The notes under the pieces: generated by a model
Database searches by the model: none
The model's input: only the letters and a program-made list of their open reading frames with translations
Told to the model about the DNA's origin: nothing
In this document: piece by piece, positions 1 through 9,223 of the stretch
How positions within the stretch are numbered: the first letter of the stretch is position 1
How the letters are laid out: each line of letters opens with the position of its first letter
Assembly (NCBI GenBank): GCA_024762675.1
Contig: JANTGZ010000003.1
Coordinates: 1 to 62,565 of the forward strand
Origin: Thermodesulfobacteriota bacterium
GTDB taxonomy: Bacteria > Desulfobacterota > Anaeroferrophillalia > Anaeroferrophillales > Tharpellaceae
Direction of reading: 5' to 3'
Length of the DNA stretch: 62,565 bases
Position numbers and translations under genes: made by a program

Positions 1-27
1 GATATCTTCAGTTATGCTTAATGTCAT
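1..27 (-). CDS. 5' end of a gene running off the window edge (MTLSITEDI...), possibly a Phd/YefM-type antitoxin
   Basis: ATG at 27 on the minus strand preceded by a GAGGT RBS. Only 9 codons are visible and the family resemblance is from memory. Confidence 0.3.
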
Positions 28-126
28 CTGATTACCTCGTAATGTTTTATTAGCGCTTTATATGATGCTTTTAGTATGTAATATTTAGTGATTAAAATCA
101 AGATTATTCTACAGTTGCTTAAATTT

Positions 127-377
127 TTTGTAACTATTCAGCGTAGTTCTTCCGCCTCTTTTTGCGGAGGGGGCGGGGGGGTGGTTTTTCGGAGCGTCTC
201 GGAAAGATTTCGTCGTTTTTATCAGCGAGCGAGAGCCCATTAGCATTGCAACTGTTTGAGCGCAGCGAGTTTTGCAATGCGGGCGAAGCGAGCGCTGGAA
301 AAACAGAAATCTTAACGTCGAAGCGGAGAAAAGCCGCCCCTGACCCCGGAAATTCAATCTCGCTGAATAGTTACAAA
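127..377. mobile_element. MITE-like non-autonomous element with terminal inverted repeats and nested internal hairpins
   Basis: Perfect 17-bp IR TTTGTAACTATTCAGCG (127-143) / CGCTGAATAGTTACAAA (361-377). Internal IRs AAGATTTC/GAAATCTT and GCATTGCAA/TTGCAATGC. No transposase. Confidence 0.75.
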
Positions 378-649
378 CAATCATCTATCAAGCCAAATGT
401 TTTCCACCAACTTCGACGAAAAAAGCCGCTCGACCACCGGCAGAGGCCTCGGCTTAAGCCTGGAATACTTCGGCCGTCAAAACTTCAGCCTGAGCTTCCA
501 ATTCAAGTTTCATCCCTAAAGAGGTCACTCGCCCTAAAAGCTATCCGCGTTTGAAATTACAGCGACTGAGTTTCTCTCTTATGGCATCATTGCTCCAGGT
601 AAAAAGCGGCCATTTTTTTTCTTGCCAGGTGTAATGATTCATTAACGTC

Positions 650-682
650 CTCTTATCGCTTCATATTATGAAGCGATAAGAG
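650..682. repeat. 33-bp palindrome (operator or hairpin)
   Basis: CTCTTATCGCTTCATA-T-TATGAAGCGATAAGAG: 16-bp perfect arms with a 1-nt spacer. Confidence 0.8.
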
Positions 683-742
683 CCTATTTACACTTCATAA
701 GCAAAGATTTTCTCTCTCATCTTTCGTAAACTTTACCAAAAA

Positions 743-785
743 GTAAAGTTCCGGTCAAACTGCGGTAAATTTCATCGTGTATAAC
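743..785 (+). promoter_or_regulatory. Putative OmpR/PhoB-type activated promoter of the RND operon
   Basis: GTAAA (743), GTCAA (754) and GTAAA (765) at 11-bp period, followed by a -10-like TATAAC (780-785). Confidence 0.5.
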
Positions 786-865
786 AGAGTTGTAATCTGA
801 ACGACTCTTTTTACCGCACAAAAAAGAGCTTATGGTGAACATAGTGAAAAATCGAGGAGATTTAT

Positions 866-2305
866 ATGCGTAACTTTAGCAGAATTTTGCGGCATCCGGG
901 ATGGTTAATTTTGCTGCTGGTGGCCCTCACCGGTTGTGCCACTTATCAACCCGAGCATCTGACTCCGGAAAAAGTGGCGGCGGGATTAGAACCTCCAACT
1001 ATGCCGGCAGTTCGAACTCAGGCCGCAAGTTTTAAGCATCCTCTTTTACCGGAGGTGGCGTTTGATGACCGGGATGGCTTCGGGCCGGATGAAGTGGCGG
1101 TTTTGGCGGTGATTACTAATCCGCTTCTGCGGGCGGCCCGGGATCAGCGCGGCATCGCTTTAGCCCAGCTTCTGATTGCCGGGATTTTACCCAATTCGCA
1201 ACTCTCTTACGGTTTGGCAAGCCCGACCGGGAGTCATACCGGCGGCCTGGTTAACAGCTTTGATCTGGGTTTAAGCTGGAATTTCAGCTCTCTGATTTCA
1301 CGCCCGGCCCGGCTGGATGCGGCGCAGGCGCACGCAAAATCGATTGATCTTGAAATTGCCTGGCAGGAGTGGCAGGTGGCTGAAGCCGCCCGTTTGCATA
1401 CATTTCAGCTCTGTAATGCCAAAAAAGCTCTGGCAGTAGCCCGGCAAAGTACAACCGAACTCAATAAATTGAGAGATCAGGTTAAACTGGGGGTTGAGCT
1501 TAAAGTTAAAACCACGCTGGAACTGGCGACCGCTGAAAACCAGCTGCTGGAAGCGCGAAATCTACTTTTACAGGCACAAACCAAAGTCGAGCAGGAACGA
1601 CTGGCCCTGAATCGCAGCTTGGGCTGGCCCGCAGAAAAGGTAATTAATTTAGAGAAAAATATTACTCCCCGAATCGAATCGTCTTTAACGGTGCAAACTT
1701 TGACTCAGGAGGCGGCAAAACAACGGCTTGACCTGGTTGCCTTGAAACTTGGCTATGAAAGTCAGGAGGCCCGGGTTCGGGCGGCAATCCGCTCTCAATT
1801 TCCCCAGATAAGTTTAGGCTTAACCCGAGGCAAAGATACGGATGGGCTGAGGACAATCGGTTTCGGGGTTGATCTTGAGCTGCCGATTTTCGATCGTAAT
1901 CAAGGTGCTATTGCAAAAGAGCGGGCCAGCCGCAAACAGCTATTCGACGAATACCTGGCCCGTCTCTTTACCACACAATCCGATATTAACCAACTTGCCC
2001 GCACCATCAAGTCAACCCAGGCGCAAATTGCGGCCTACGACATCGCTTTAGCGGCGCAAAAGAAGTTATGCAAAAAATATCGCCAGGCAGCGGCCCTGGG
2101 GGAAATAGATATTTTCTCTTACTATCAAACGCAAAATGCTTTGTTACAAAAACAGACGCACAAAATTGCACTGGAACAACAGCTGATTGACTCCGGCATC
2201 GCTTTAGAGATCGCCTCAGGCCGTTACGGCCTTGTCGTTAGCAAAACTCCGCTGACAACCTTAAAATCGACAGACATGACAACCACAATGGAGGCCTCCA
2301 AATGA
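866..2305 (+). CDS. TolC-family outer membrane efflux lipoprotein
   Basis: Lipobox LTGC, OEP repeat motifs (P.I.LG...LELPIFDRNQG), GAGGAG RBS, upstream of MFP and RND genes. Confidence 0.9.
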   Translation: MRNFSRILRHPGWLILLLVALTGCATYQPEHLTPEKVAAGLEPPTMPAVRTQAASFKHPLLPEVAFDDRDGFGPDEVAVLAVITNPLLRAARDQRGIALAQLLIAGILPNSQLSYGLASPTGSHTGGLVNSFDLGLSWNFSSLISRPARLDAAQAHAKSIDLEIAWQEWQVAEAARLHTFQLCNAKKALAVARQSTTELNKLRDQVKLGVELKVKTTLELATAENQLLEARNLLLQAQTKVEQERLALNRSLGWPAEKVINLEKNITPRIESSLTVQTLTQEAAKQRLDLVALKLGYESQEARVRAAIRSQFPQISLGLTRGKDTDGLRTIGFGVDLELPIFDRNQGAIAKERASRKQLFDEYLARLFTTQSDINQLARTIKSTQAQIAAYDIALAAQKKLCKKYRQAAALGEIDIFSYYQTQNALLQKQTHKIALEQQLIDSGIALEIASGRYGLVVSKTPLTTLKSTDMTTTMEASK

Positions 2306-3402
2306 AACGTAAAACTAATGCTATTTTAATTGGTTTGGGAATTTTTTCTGCGCTGGCGTTCTTTAGTTTGAGTATCGATCCCGCCGGCTCGCAAGCTGCC
2401 AATCAAAAAACGGAAGAAAGTAAACTAAAAGAGTCTGACCTGATGCAAACCGCGCTGCCTCAACGCCGCAATTTCAACGCCACCAGAGCCTGGTTTGGTC
2501 AGGTCAAAAGCCTTAATAAAATATATCTTAAAACTTTGGCAGATGGCCGAATTGTCAGTATCAAACGGGAGGAGGGCGAGAAGGTTAAGGCCGGTGATGA
2601 GATTATGACCCTCGGCGGCCCAATGGTTGAAAATCGTTTACAGGTTTTACAACGTCAATCTAAAAACCTTAAGAAACAATTGCTCCGCGCCCGGAAGCTG
2701 CGCAACCTAAAACAGGCCGCAGCCAAACAGCAGATGGCAAGTATTGATGAATTGAATCAGGTTTTAGGGCTCTGTGACCGTTTGCAAAACGAGCTCGACA
2801 ATAACCGGCAGAACTTATTGCAGTTAGAGAGTGCGATTCACATAAAAGCCTTAGACAACGGTATCTTTACGTTACGCCGGGTCGCGGTCGGTCAGGATGT
2901 GGCGCAAGGTGAAATTCTGGCTGAGATTATCACTCCTGGACAGATATATATTGGCGCCACCTGTTTTCCGCCGGAGGGAACCACCCTTACCGGAAAAACG
3001 GTATTCATCAATCGCAATACTGAAAAACCTGTGCCCGCCACAATCACGACCGTTCTTCCACAACGAACTGCGGCCGGAGCCCAGGCGCTGCGGATTACCG
3101 CGGCCGCTCTGAATCAGTATCTGCAACCCGGAGAGACGGTTTCCGGTACCGTTATTCTGGCACAGCATCAAAAGGTTCTGGCCCTGCCGGAGAGTGCTAT
3201 CGTGCGCGACGAAAAAGATTCAACCTTTATCTTTACCCGGCAAAAATCGGGCTTTAAGAAAAGGAAAGTAACTACCGGTTTAAGCGACAAAGGCTGGGTC
3301 GAAATTGTCTCTGGAATTACGGCAACAGATGAGATCGTAATCTCCGGTGCATACGAACTTTTTTATCAGAATTTCAATAAAATTTATAAGGTAGTTGACT
3401 AA
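2302..3402 (+). CDS. RND efflux periplasmic adaptor (membrane fusion protein)
   Basis: N-terminal anchor, lipoyl-like half motifs (GEKVKAGD; VGQDVAQGE), coiled coil, C-terminal ALPESAIV...V.TGL...WVEIVSG. ATGA overlap with tolC. Confidence 0.9.
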   Translation: MKRKTNAILIGLGIFSALAFFSLSIDPAGSQAANQKTEESKLKESDLMQTALPQRRNFNATRAWFGQVKSLNKIYLKTLADGRIVSIKREEGEKVKAGDEIMTLGGPMVENRLQVLQRQSKNLKKQLLRARKLRNLKQAAAKQQMASIDELNQVLGLCDRLQNELDNNRQNLLQLESAIHIKALDNGIFTLRRVAVGQDVAQGEILAEIITPGQIYIGATCFPPEGTTLTGKTVFINRNTEKPVPATITTVLPQRTAAGAQALRITAAALNQYLQPGETVSGTVILAQHQKVLALPESAIVRDEKDSTFIFTRQKSGFKKRKVTTGLSDKGWVEIVSGITATDEIVISGAYELFYQNFNKIYKVVD

Positions 3403-6400
3403 TGCGAGCTTTACTGAAAATCTTTGTCAAAAAACCTCTGGCGACTCTCTTGATTGTAATCTTTATGGCCATTTCCGGGATCTACGCAGCCCGGCATATG
3501 CCGGTTGATCTTTTCCCCAATTTGGAGATTCCGGTCGTAAATATTATTACCCATTATCCTGGGGCCGGCCCGGCGGATATGGAAAGATTGGTAACCCGGC
3601 CGATTGAGGATGAAATCCGCACTATTCCCGGAGTTAAACGTGTGGCTTCGACTTCGGCCCAGGGTCTGGCACAGGTGACGGCGGAATTCAGCTGGGGGAC
3701 AACGGTACGGGATGCCCGGCAGTTGGTTCAGTCCCGACTGGCTCGGCTCAGTGGCCGGCTGCCGGCCGAAGCCGCGCCCCGGCTGGAGAATATTGGCACT
3801 ACTTTAGAAGAGGTTTGCGGTTATGTCATCTATGGCACCAATGACCCGGTAACCTTGCGTAATCGGGTACGGCACGATCTTGTCGGCCGCTTGATGAACG
3901 CTGCCGGAGTCTCTTCGGTCGAGGTTTTAGGCGGCGATAAACGCGCTTTCTATCTGGAAATTAAACCGCAGGCGTTGATCCATCTTAAGCTCACAATTGC
4001 CGATATTACGACCATTTTAGAGAAACACAATATCGCTGCGGTTACCGGCTATCTCGATCAATCCGGCAAAGAGTACCTGATTCGCGGCGATGCCCGGCTC
4101 AAGGATCTCGATGATCTTAAATCTCTGCCTCTGCGTCAGGATGGCGCAAATTCAATTCTCTTAGGTGATGTTGCGAAAATCTATGCCGGCACCGCGCCGC
4201 GCCACTATGTTGTTCACGGTGACTGCCGGCCGGCGGTGGCGATTATTGTCAGAAAACAGCCCGGAGCCAGCACCATTAAAGTAGTCAGCAGCGTCGATAA
4301 AGCGCTTGCCGATCTGGCCCGCCTGCTGCCGGGCAACGCCCATATCAAAAAATTCTATGATCAGTCCGAAATCATCAAAGCTTCCCGCGATGAAATTATC
4401 TACGATCTTTTAATCGGGGCCCTGCTTGCCGTTCTGGTTCTCTATTTCTTCCTGGGCTCACTAAAACCAACCCTGATTGTGGCGCTGACGATTCCGGTAA
4501 CTTTTCTCGCCACAATCGCCATTATGCAGGGTTTGGGGATGAGTCTTAATGTGATCACAATGACCGCCTTAACCTTGGCCATCGGGATGATTGTTGATGA
4601 TGCAATTGTGGTTTCCGAAAATATTTTTCGCCACGCCGAATTCAGCCCGGATGCGGCTCAAGCGAGCATTGATGGGGCTTTCGAGATTGCCGGCCCCGAT
4701 GCTTCCGGCACCTTGACAACGGTAGCCGCATTTTTGCCGCTCTTATTAATGACCGGCATCGCTGCAGTCTTTATGCGCCCGTTCGGCCTGACTATCAGTG
4801 CCGCTTTAATCATTTCGCTATTTCTCTCACTAACAATGGTGCCCACCCTTTTTGGCCGCCTTAAAAAACTAAAGGAGCGGCGCCAAAATTTTCTCGGGGC
4901 CCGGCTTTTAAACCGTCTCGATGCGGCCCTGCAAGCAACCCTAAAACACTCTTTTCAACATCGAAAAAGTGTCTTATGCCTGGCCGTACTCTCCTTAGGT
5001 ATTGCCGGACTGGCAGCATTCCTGGGTAAGGCCGCCGTGTTACCGCCGATTGACGAGGGCGCAATTCTTATTGAATATGTTATGCCGCCCGGAACCTCAC
5101 TCAAAGAGAGCAATCGCATCGGCGACCGCCTTGATCATATAGCTTTGGCTGACAAAGCGGTAGCTTGTGTCTATCGCCGCACCGGTTCACCCGGCGACGG
5201 TTATCAACTCGAAGGGGTTAATAAAGGTGAATTACTGATTAAACTCAAAGAGAAAAAGGTTCGCACCCGTGATGTTGAAGCGATAACCCGGAGCCTAAAG
5301 AGATCTTTTGCCAAAATTCAAGGCCCGGTTTTTCTTTACCATCAGCCGACGCAGGAGAAGATCGACGAAAGTTTTTCCGGCCTGCCGGCACTTTTTGGTG
5401 TAACCATTTACGGTACTGACGTTAATAAACTTATCACACTCGCCAACCAGGTCGAAGATATTCTGACAACTGAGACGGCGGTTGCCAACGTTGTCAACAA
5501 TACCAAAATCAAGGTGCCGCAGATCGATATCCGGATTAACTACCCGGCCCTGGCACAATTTGGCGTTGACGTTGCCAATGTTTTAAATACCTTGCAGGCG
5601 GCCCGCGCCGGAATGACGGCGACCCGGATTATCCGTCAGAAAGAGGAGGTTTCGGTGTTGGTTAAACTTAAAACCTCCGGTACGCCCGATTTGGAAAAAC
5701 TCGCCCAACTGCCGATAATCACGGCTGCAGGTGGGTGGGTGCCGTTGGCAAAAGTGGCAACTCTGAAATTAAGCCACGCTCCGGCCGCGATCACCCGGCT
5801 GAATGGTCAGCGTCAACTAACGCTCTTAGCTGAAGTTGACGGCAACATTCTCGATGTCGTTAAAAATCTTAAGGATAAATTTAAGGCCATCAATCTGCCG
5901 CCGGGCTACAGCATCGATTTCACCGGGCAATATCATGTAATGATTGAAACAGCGATTGAGATGATCTTTGCGGTGCTCGCAGCAATGGCCTTAATCTATC
6001 TGATTATGGCGATTCAGTTCAGCTCCTGGAAACAGCCTCTGATAATTCTCGCAACGGTGCCGCTCTCTCTGGTCGGCGCCCTGATCGGACTTTTCTTAAG
6101 CGGCCAGGGGCTCGATATCTCAGTCGGCATGGGTACGGTAACTCTGGTTGGCATTGCGGTCAATAACGCCATCGTCCTGATTGACTTTGCCAACCAGGAG
6201 GTCAAAGCGGGTAAAACCCGGGCCGCAGCCCTGCTTGCAGCCGCCTCAGTCCGCCTGCGTCCAATCCTTCTGACCACGTTGACGACAATTGCCGCCCTTT
6301 TGCCGACCGCAATCGGCACCACGATCGGCTCTAAAATTTTTCAACCCTTTGCCATCACGGTAATCGGCGGCCTTCTGGTCGGCATTCTCGCAACCTTGAT

Positions 6401-6431
6401 AGTCGTCCCGACGATTGCCTCAAGTTCGTAA
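3402..6431 (+). CDS. RND efflux permease (CusA/CzcA/AcrB superfamily)
   Basis: 1009 aa with PVDLFP, GMIVDDAIVVSENI (TM4), GIAVNNAIVL and RLRPILLTT motifs. Confidence 0.95.
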   Translation: MRALLKIFVKKPLATLLIVIFMAISGIYAARHMPVDLFPNLEIPVVNIITHYPGAGPADMERLVTRPIEDEIRTIPGVKRVASTSAQGLAQVTAEFSWGTTVRDARQLVQSRLARLSGRLPAEAAPRLENIGTTLEEVCGYVIYGTNDPVTLRNRVRHDLVGRLMNAAGVSSVEVLGGDKRAFYLEIKPQALIHLKLTIADITTILEKHNIAAVTGYLDQSGKEYLIRGDARLKDLDDLKSLPLRQDGANSILLGDVAKIYAGTAPRHYVVHGDCRPAVAIIVRKQPGASTIKVVSSVDKALADLARLLPGNAHIKKFYDQSEIIKASRDEIIYDLLIGALLAVLVLYFFLGSLKPTLIVALTIPVTFLATIAIMQGLGMSLNVITMTALTLAIGMIVDDAIVVSENIFRHAEFSPDAAQASIDGAFEIAGPDASGTLTTVAAFLPLLLMTGIAAVFMRPFGLTISAALIISLFLSLTMVPTLFGRLKKLKERRQNFLGARLLNRLDAALQATLKHSFQHRKSVLCLAVLSLGIAGLAAFLGKAAVLPPIDEGAILIEYVMPPGTSLKESNRIGDRLDHIALADKAVACVYRRTGSPGDGYQLEGVNKGELLIKLKEKKVRTRDVEAITRSLKRSFAKIQGPVFLYHQPTQEKIDESFSGLPALFGVTIYGTDVNKLITLANQVEDILTTETAVANVVNNTKIKVPQIDIRINYPALAQFGVDVANVLNTLQAARAGMTATRIIRQKEEVSVLVKLKTSGTPDLEKLAQLPIITAAGGWVPLAKVATLKLSHAPAAITRLNGQRQLTLLAEVDGNILDVVKNLKDKFKAINLPPGYSIDFTGQYHVMIETAIEMIFAVLAAMALIYLIMAIQFSSWKQPLIILATVPLSLVGALIGLFLSGQGLDISVGMGTVTLVGIAVNNAIVLIDFANQEVKAGKTRAAALLAAASVRLRPILLTTLTTIAALLPTAIGTTIGSKIFQPFAITVIGGLLVGILATLIVVPTIASSS

Positions 6432-6474
6432 GGTGTAAGTGACAGTGAACTTCAAACCAACCAGCTGATCTCTG

Positions 6475-6503
6475 CAAAGAAACCGCCCCCCCCGGTTTCT
6501 TTG
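6475..6503 (+). terminator. Rho-independent terminator of the RND operon
   Basis: CAAAGAAACCG / CGGTTTCTTTG stem 44 bp after the stop codon. Confidence 0.65.
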
Positions 6504-6519
6504 TCCCAAAATATCAAAT

Positions 6520-6553
6520 CTTCACAAACCCTTCACAATAGAAGCACTATAGA
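6520..6553 (+). promoter_or_regulatory. Direct-repeat box A (CTTCA, 11-bp period) with -10-like element
   Basis: CTTCACA at 6520 and 6531, TATAGA at 6548. The same motif occurs at 15225 and 17892. Confidence 0.55.
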
Positions 6554-6710
6554 CAACCCAAACCATAATGGATACACAACTTAGTCTTTTATGCCACAAT
6601 CGCGCCTCGGACAGACTATCACCCTTCAATTTTAAGTTTTCACGGCAAAGCTCTATCAAGTAGAGAAGCTTACCCCGATCTACGGGATCAAAAATGATAA
6701 TGTCTTAATC

Positions 6711-8398
6711 ATGTTTTCTTGCAGACCATCAAGGACTACCGGAGAAAAGAGCCATAAGCCAAGAATGTGGGGTTGTCCTCTGACCCCACTTCTACTACTG
6801 GCGACAGTTCTGCGCATAATCTCTCTATCCAGAGAACCTCTTATTAATCCAGATGGCATTGCCTATATCCTGCAAGCCAAAGCTTTCTACCTGCAACAAG
6901 CCGATCAGATCCTGACAGCTTACCCCTACCCGACCAATCTATCATTGATGATTGCCGGAATCTATCATTTTTTGGGAGACTGGATCCTGGCCGGACAATT
7001 GATATCCCTATTTTTCAGCCTGCTAACAATTATACCTCTCTATTCTCTTAGCCGAATTTTTTGGTCCCGCTGGATATCATTTTCAATCGTCACCCTTTAT
7101 GAGGTCTCACCCGTGTTCGTTGAACTTTCCCATGGGATTATCAGAGGCCCGCAATTCTGGTTCTTTCTAGTTCTCGGACTTTGGGGATTCTGCCGTTTTC
7201 TGGATCTAAAAGAACCGCCCCGCTACTACTTATTGATTACCTCTTTTGCCTTCATCATGGCGGCTTGGAGCCGCATTGAGGGGCCGCTCCCTCTACTGCT
7301 GGCAACCTGCTGGCTCCTCATTTTTTCTCATTATCGCAAAAGTCGTTGCCGGGTTACCTTTTTTTGCCTTTCTGCTTGATTCTGCTCTTTTCGGGATTGC
7401 TCGCTTATAGTCAGGACTGCCCTTCAATCTACGCCCTGAAAATTATAGCCCAAGGTTTAAACGATCGCCTGCTGGCCGCAATGAACCGTTTCATATGGCT
7501 TCTAAATGCCCTCCTAGACTTAAAATGCAACCCGCCACAAGGTGTCGCCCCCAACTTTTTTGATGAGCTCAGAAACCTGATTTGTTTTCTGGCCTTAGGG
7601 GTGACCAGCCATTCTCTACGTAAAACTTTTGGCATCATTTTTTTCTTGATTACTATTTTTGGACTTATAAAAAATAGAGTTTTAAAAGAAGAAGAAAATA
7701 AACAACACCCAAGATTTTTCCTCACAATTTTAGTTTTAAGCGGTACTTTCCTGATCTATATACAAATTTTGCTTAACTGGTGCAGCAGTTAAAGGTTTGT
7801 TGCACTAATCTACTTTCCCGCCTTGATCTTCTCCGGTTATGGCTTCAACAAGCTATTCTTTTATTTGCAAAAAATCAAACCCCTCCCCAACCGGACTTCA
7901 TATATCGTTATCTGCTTACTGCTTCTCTCTTGCTCGCTCCCATCTATTCTCAAGAAAAGTCACCTCAGTCGTGCCGTAGCTTTTAAAGAATTTGGGCAGG
8001 TTTTGGCCGAAACCCACAATGGCAACCAGACGCTCCGCTTGTGCAGTACTTCAAAAAAAGTTCTATTTACCCATTTCTATGCCCATTTAAACCAGCCCAC
8101 AATCTCCTCTTCCTGGAAACAGTGTGACATCTTAAAAGTTGACAACCTTGAGTTAAACTCACTTTATGACGCTAAATACGACTATCTACTGTTTTCGAAA
8201 CAGGATGGCGGCCGTCAACGTTTTCTCGAACTGACTGAAAAAGAGATCAATAAAAATGTTATCGTAATAATGGAAAAGAATACAAAAAAATTTGGGTTGC
8301 TAACTCTTTTTGCCTTACGGCCACGGAGAAGAGATGCACCCTGCCCTGAACCAACAAAAGAGACCATCAATCTCACATCAGACCAGAAGACGGCTTGA
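6711..8398 (+). pseudogene. ArnT/PMT-like (GT83/GT39) membrane glycosyltransferase pseudogene
   Basis: N-terminal PLINPDGIAYI motif and many TM segments, split into 3 ORFs. Frameshift near 7340-7350. In-frame TAA at 7790-7792 (WCSS*RFVALIYFPA continues in the frame of 7823..8398). Confidence 0.75.
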
Positions 8399-8454
8399 GC
8401 CAATAAAAGAAATTATAACATGAATCAGGCAATATCTTATTTGGAGGTCAATCT

Positions 8455-8918
8455 ATGAGAATTATTCTTGTTGAAGATGATCTACTAATTGGGGCCGCGG
8501 TACAGCAGGCGCTCCGTCGTCCGGCGCCGGCAGGGGATTGCCGGACCGATAATCAGCAATGGAATATTAACCCTCGATCCAGCCTCTCACGAAGTGAACC
8601 GCGACGACAACAGTCACAGGTTGAGAGCCCGTGAATTTTCTCTGCTCAGCGAAAATCTGACCCGGGCCCAAGATAACGAGGTTTTATCAAGGTTAAAGAT
8701 AGCGGTCCTGGCATCCCGGAAGATGAATTAGCCCAGATGTTTGAACCCTTCCGCCGGTCAAAGGATGCCAAGAGCCCAGCAACGGTCTCGGCCTGGCCAT
8801 CAGCCATGAAATAGCCACCCGGCTGGGCGGTCAAATCCAATTAAAGAAGCATTCCCAAGGTGGCCTGATATTCATTTACAACCAACCTTTTATATTTAGG
8901 ACAGTAACCCCTTTATGA
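8455..8918 (+). pseudogene. Collapsed QseB/PmrA-like response regulator plus sensor kinase remnant
   Basis: GGAGG then ATG 8455 gives MRIILVEDDLLIGAAVQQALR. A shifted frame gives RSVVRRRQG...LTLDPASHEV...REFSLL. Then HATPase pieces VKDSGPGIPEDELAQMFEPFRR and GLGLAISHEIATRLGG, ending TGA 8916-8918. Confidence 0.85.
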
Positions 8919-9082
8919 ACCCACGAACCAGCAAACAAACGCAGAAGACTTACTAATAAGTAAAGCTCCGGACAAGTTACGGAAAACCTGATCTGACATA
9001 AATACTCCTGCCCTTGAAAAAGCCACATGCCCCGACTGACAATCTGCTAAAAAATTTGCTCAAAATTATAAAGATTTTCACC

Positions 9083-9116
9083 TCCTAAGTTTATCCTAAG
9101 TTTCCGTAGATAGAAA
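9083..9116 (+). promoter_or_regulatory. Direct-repeat box B (CCTAAG-N5-CCTAAG, PmrA-box-like)
   Basis: TCCTAAGTTT at 9083 and 9094 (11-bp period), TAGAAA at 9111, upstream of arnT copy 1. Confidence 0.6.
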
Positions 9117-9223
9117 AACAAATCCTTCAGAAAAGCCGCAACAAGGCAATATAGCTATCGGTGTTTTTCACATTTTCCCAAAGCTGCCAAAAAACACTTC
9201 CCAATGACAAGGACTTCCAATCA

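Noticed and set aside
109-554. ORFs 109..384 (-) and 162..554 (+)
   Set aside because: They overlap the palindromic MITE and have no RBS or recognisable motif.
380-610. Possible decayed gene on the minus strand (…LGMKLELEAQAEVLTAEVF…)
   Set aside because: Several stop codons and no family I can recognise.
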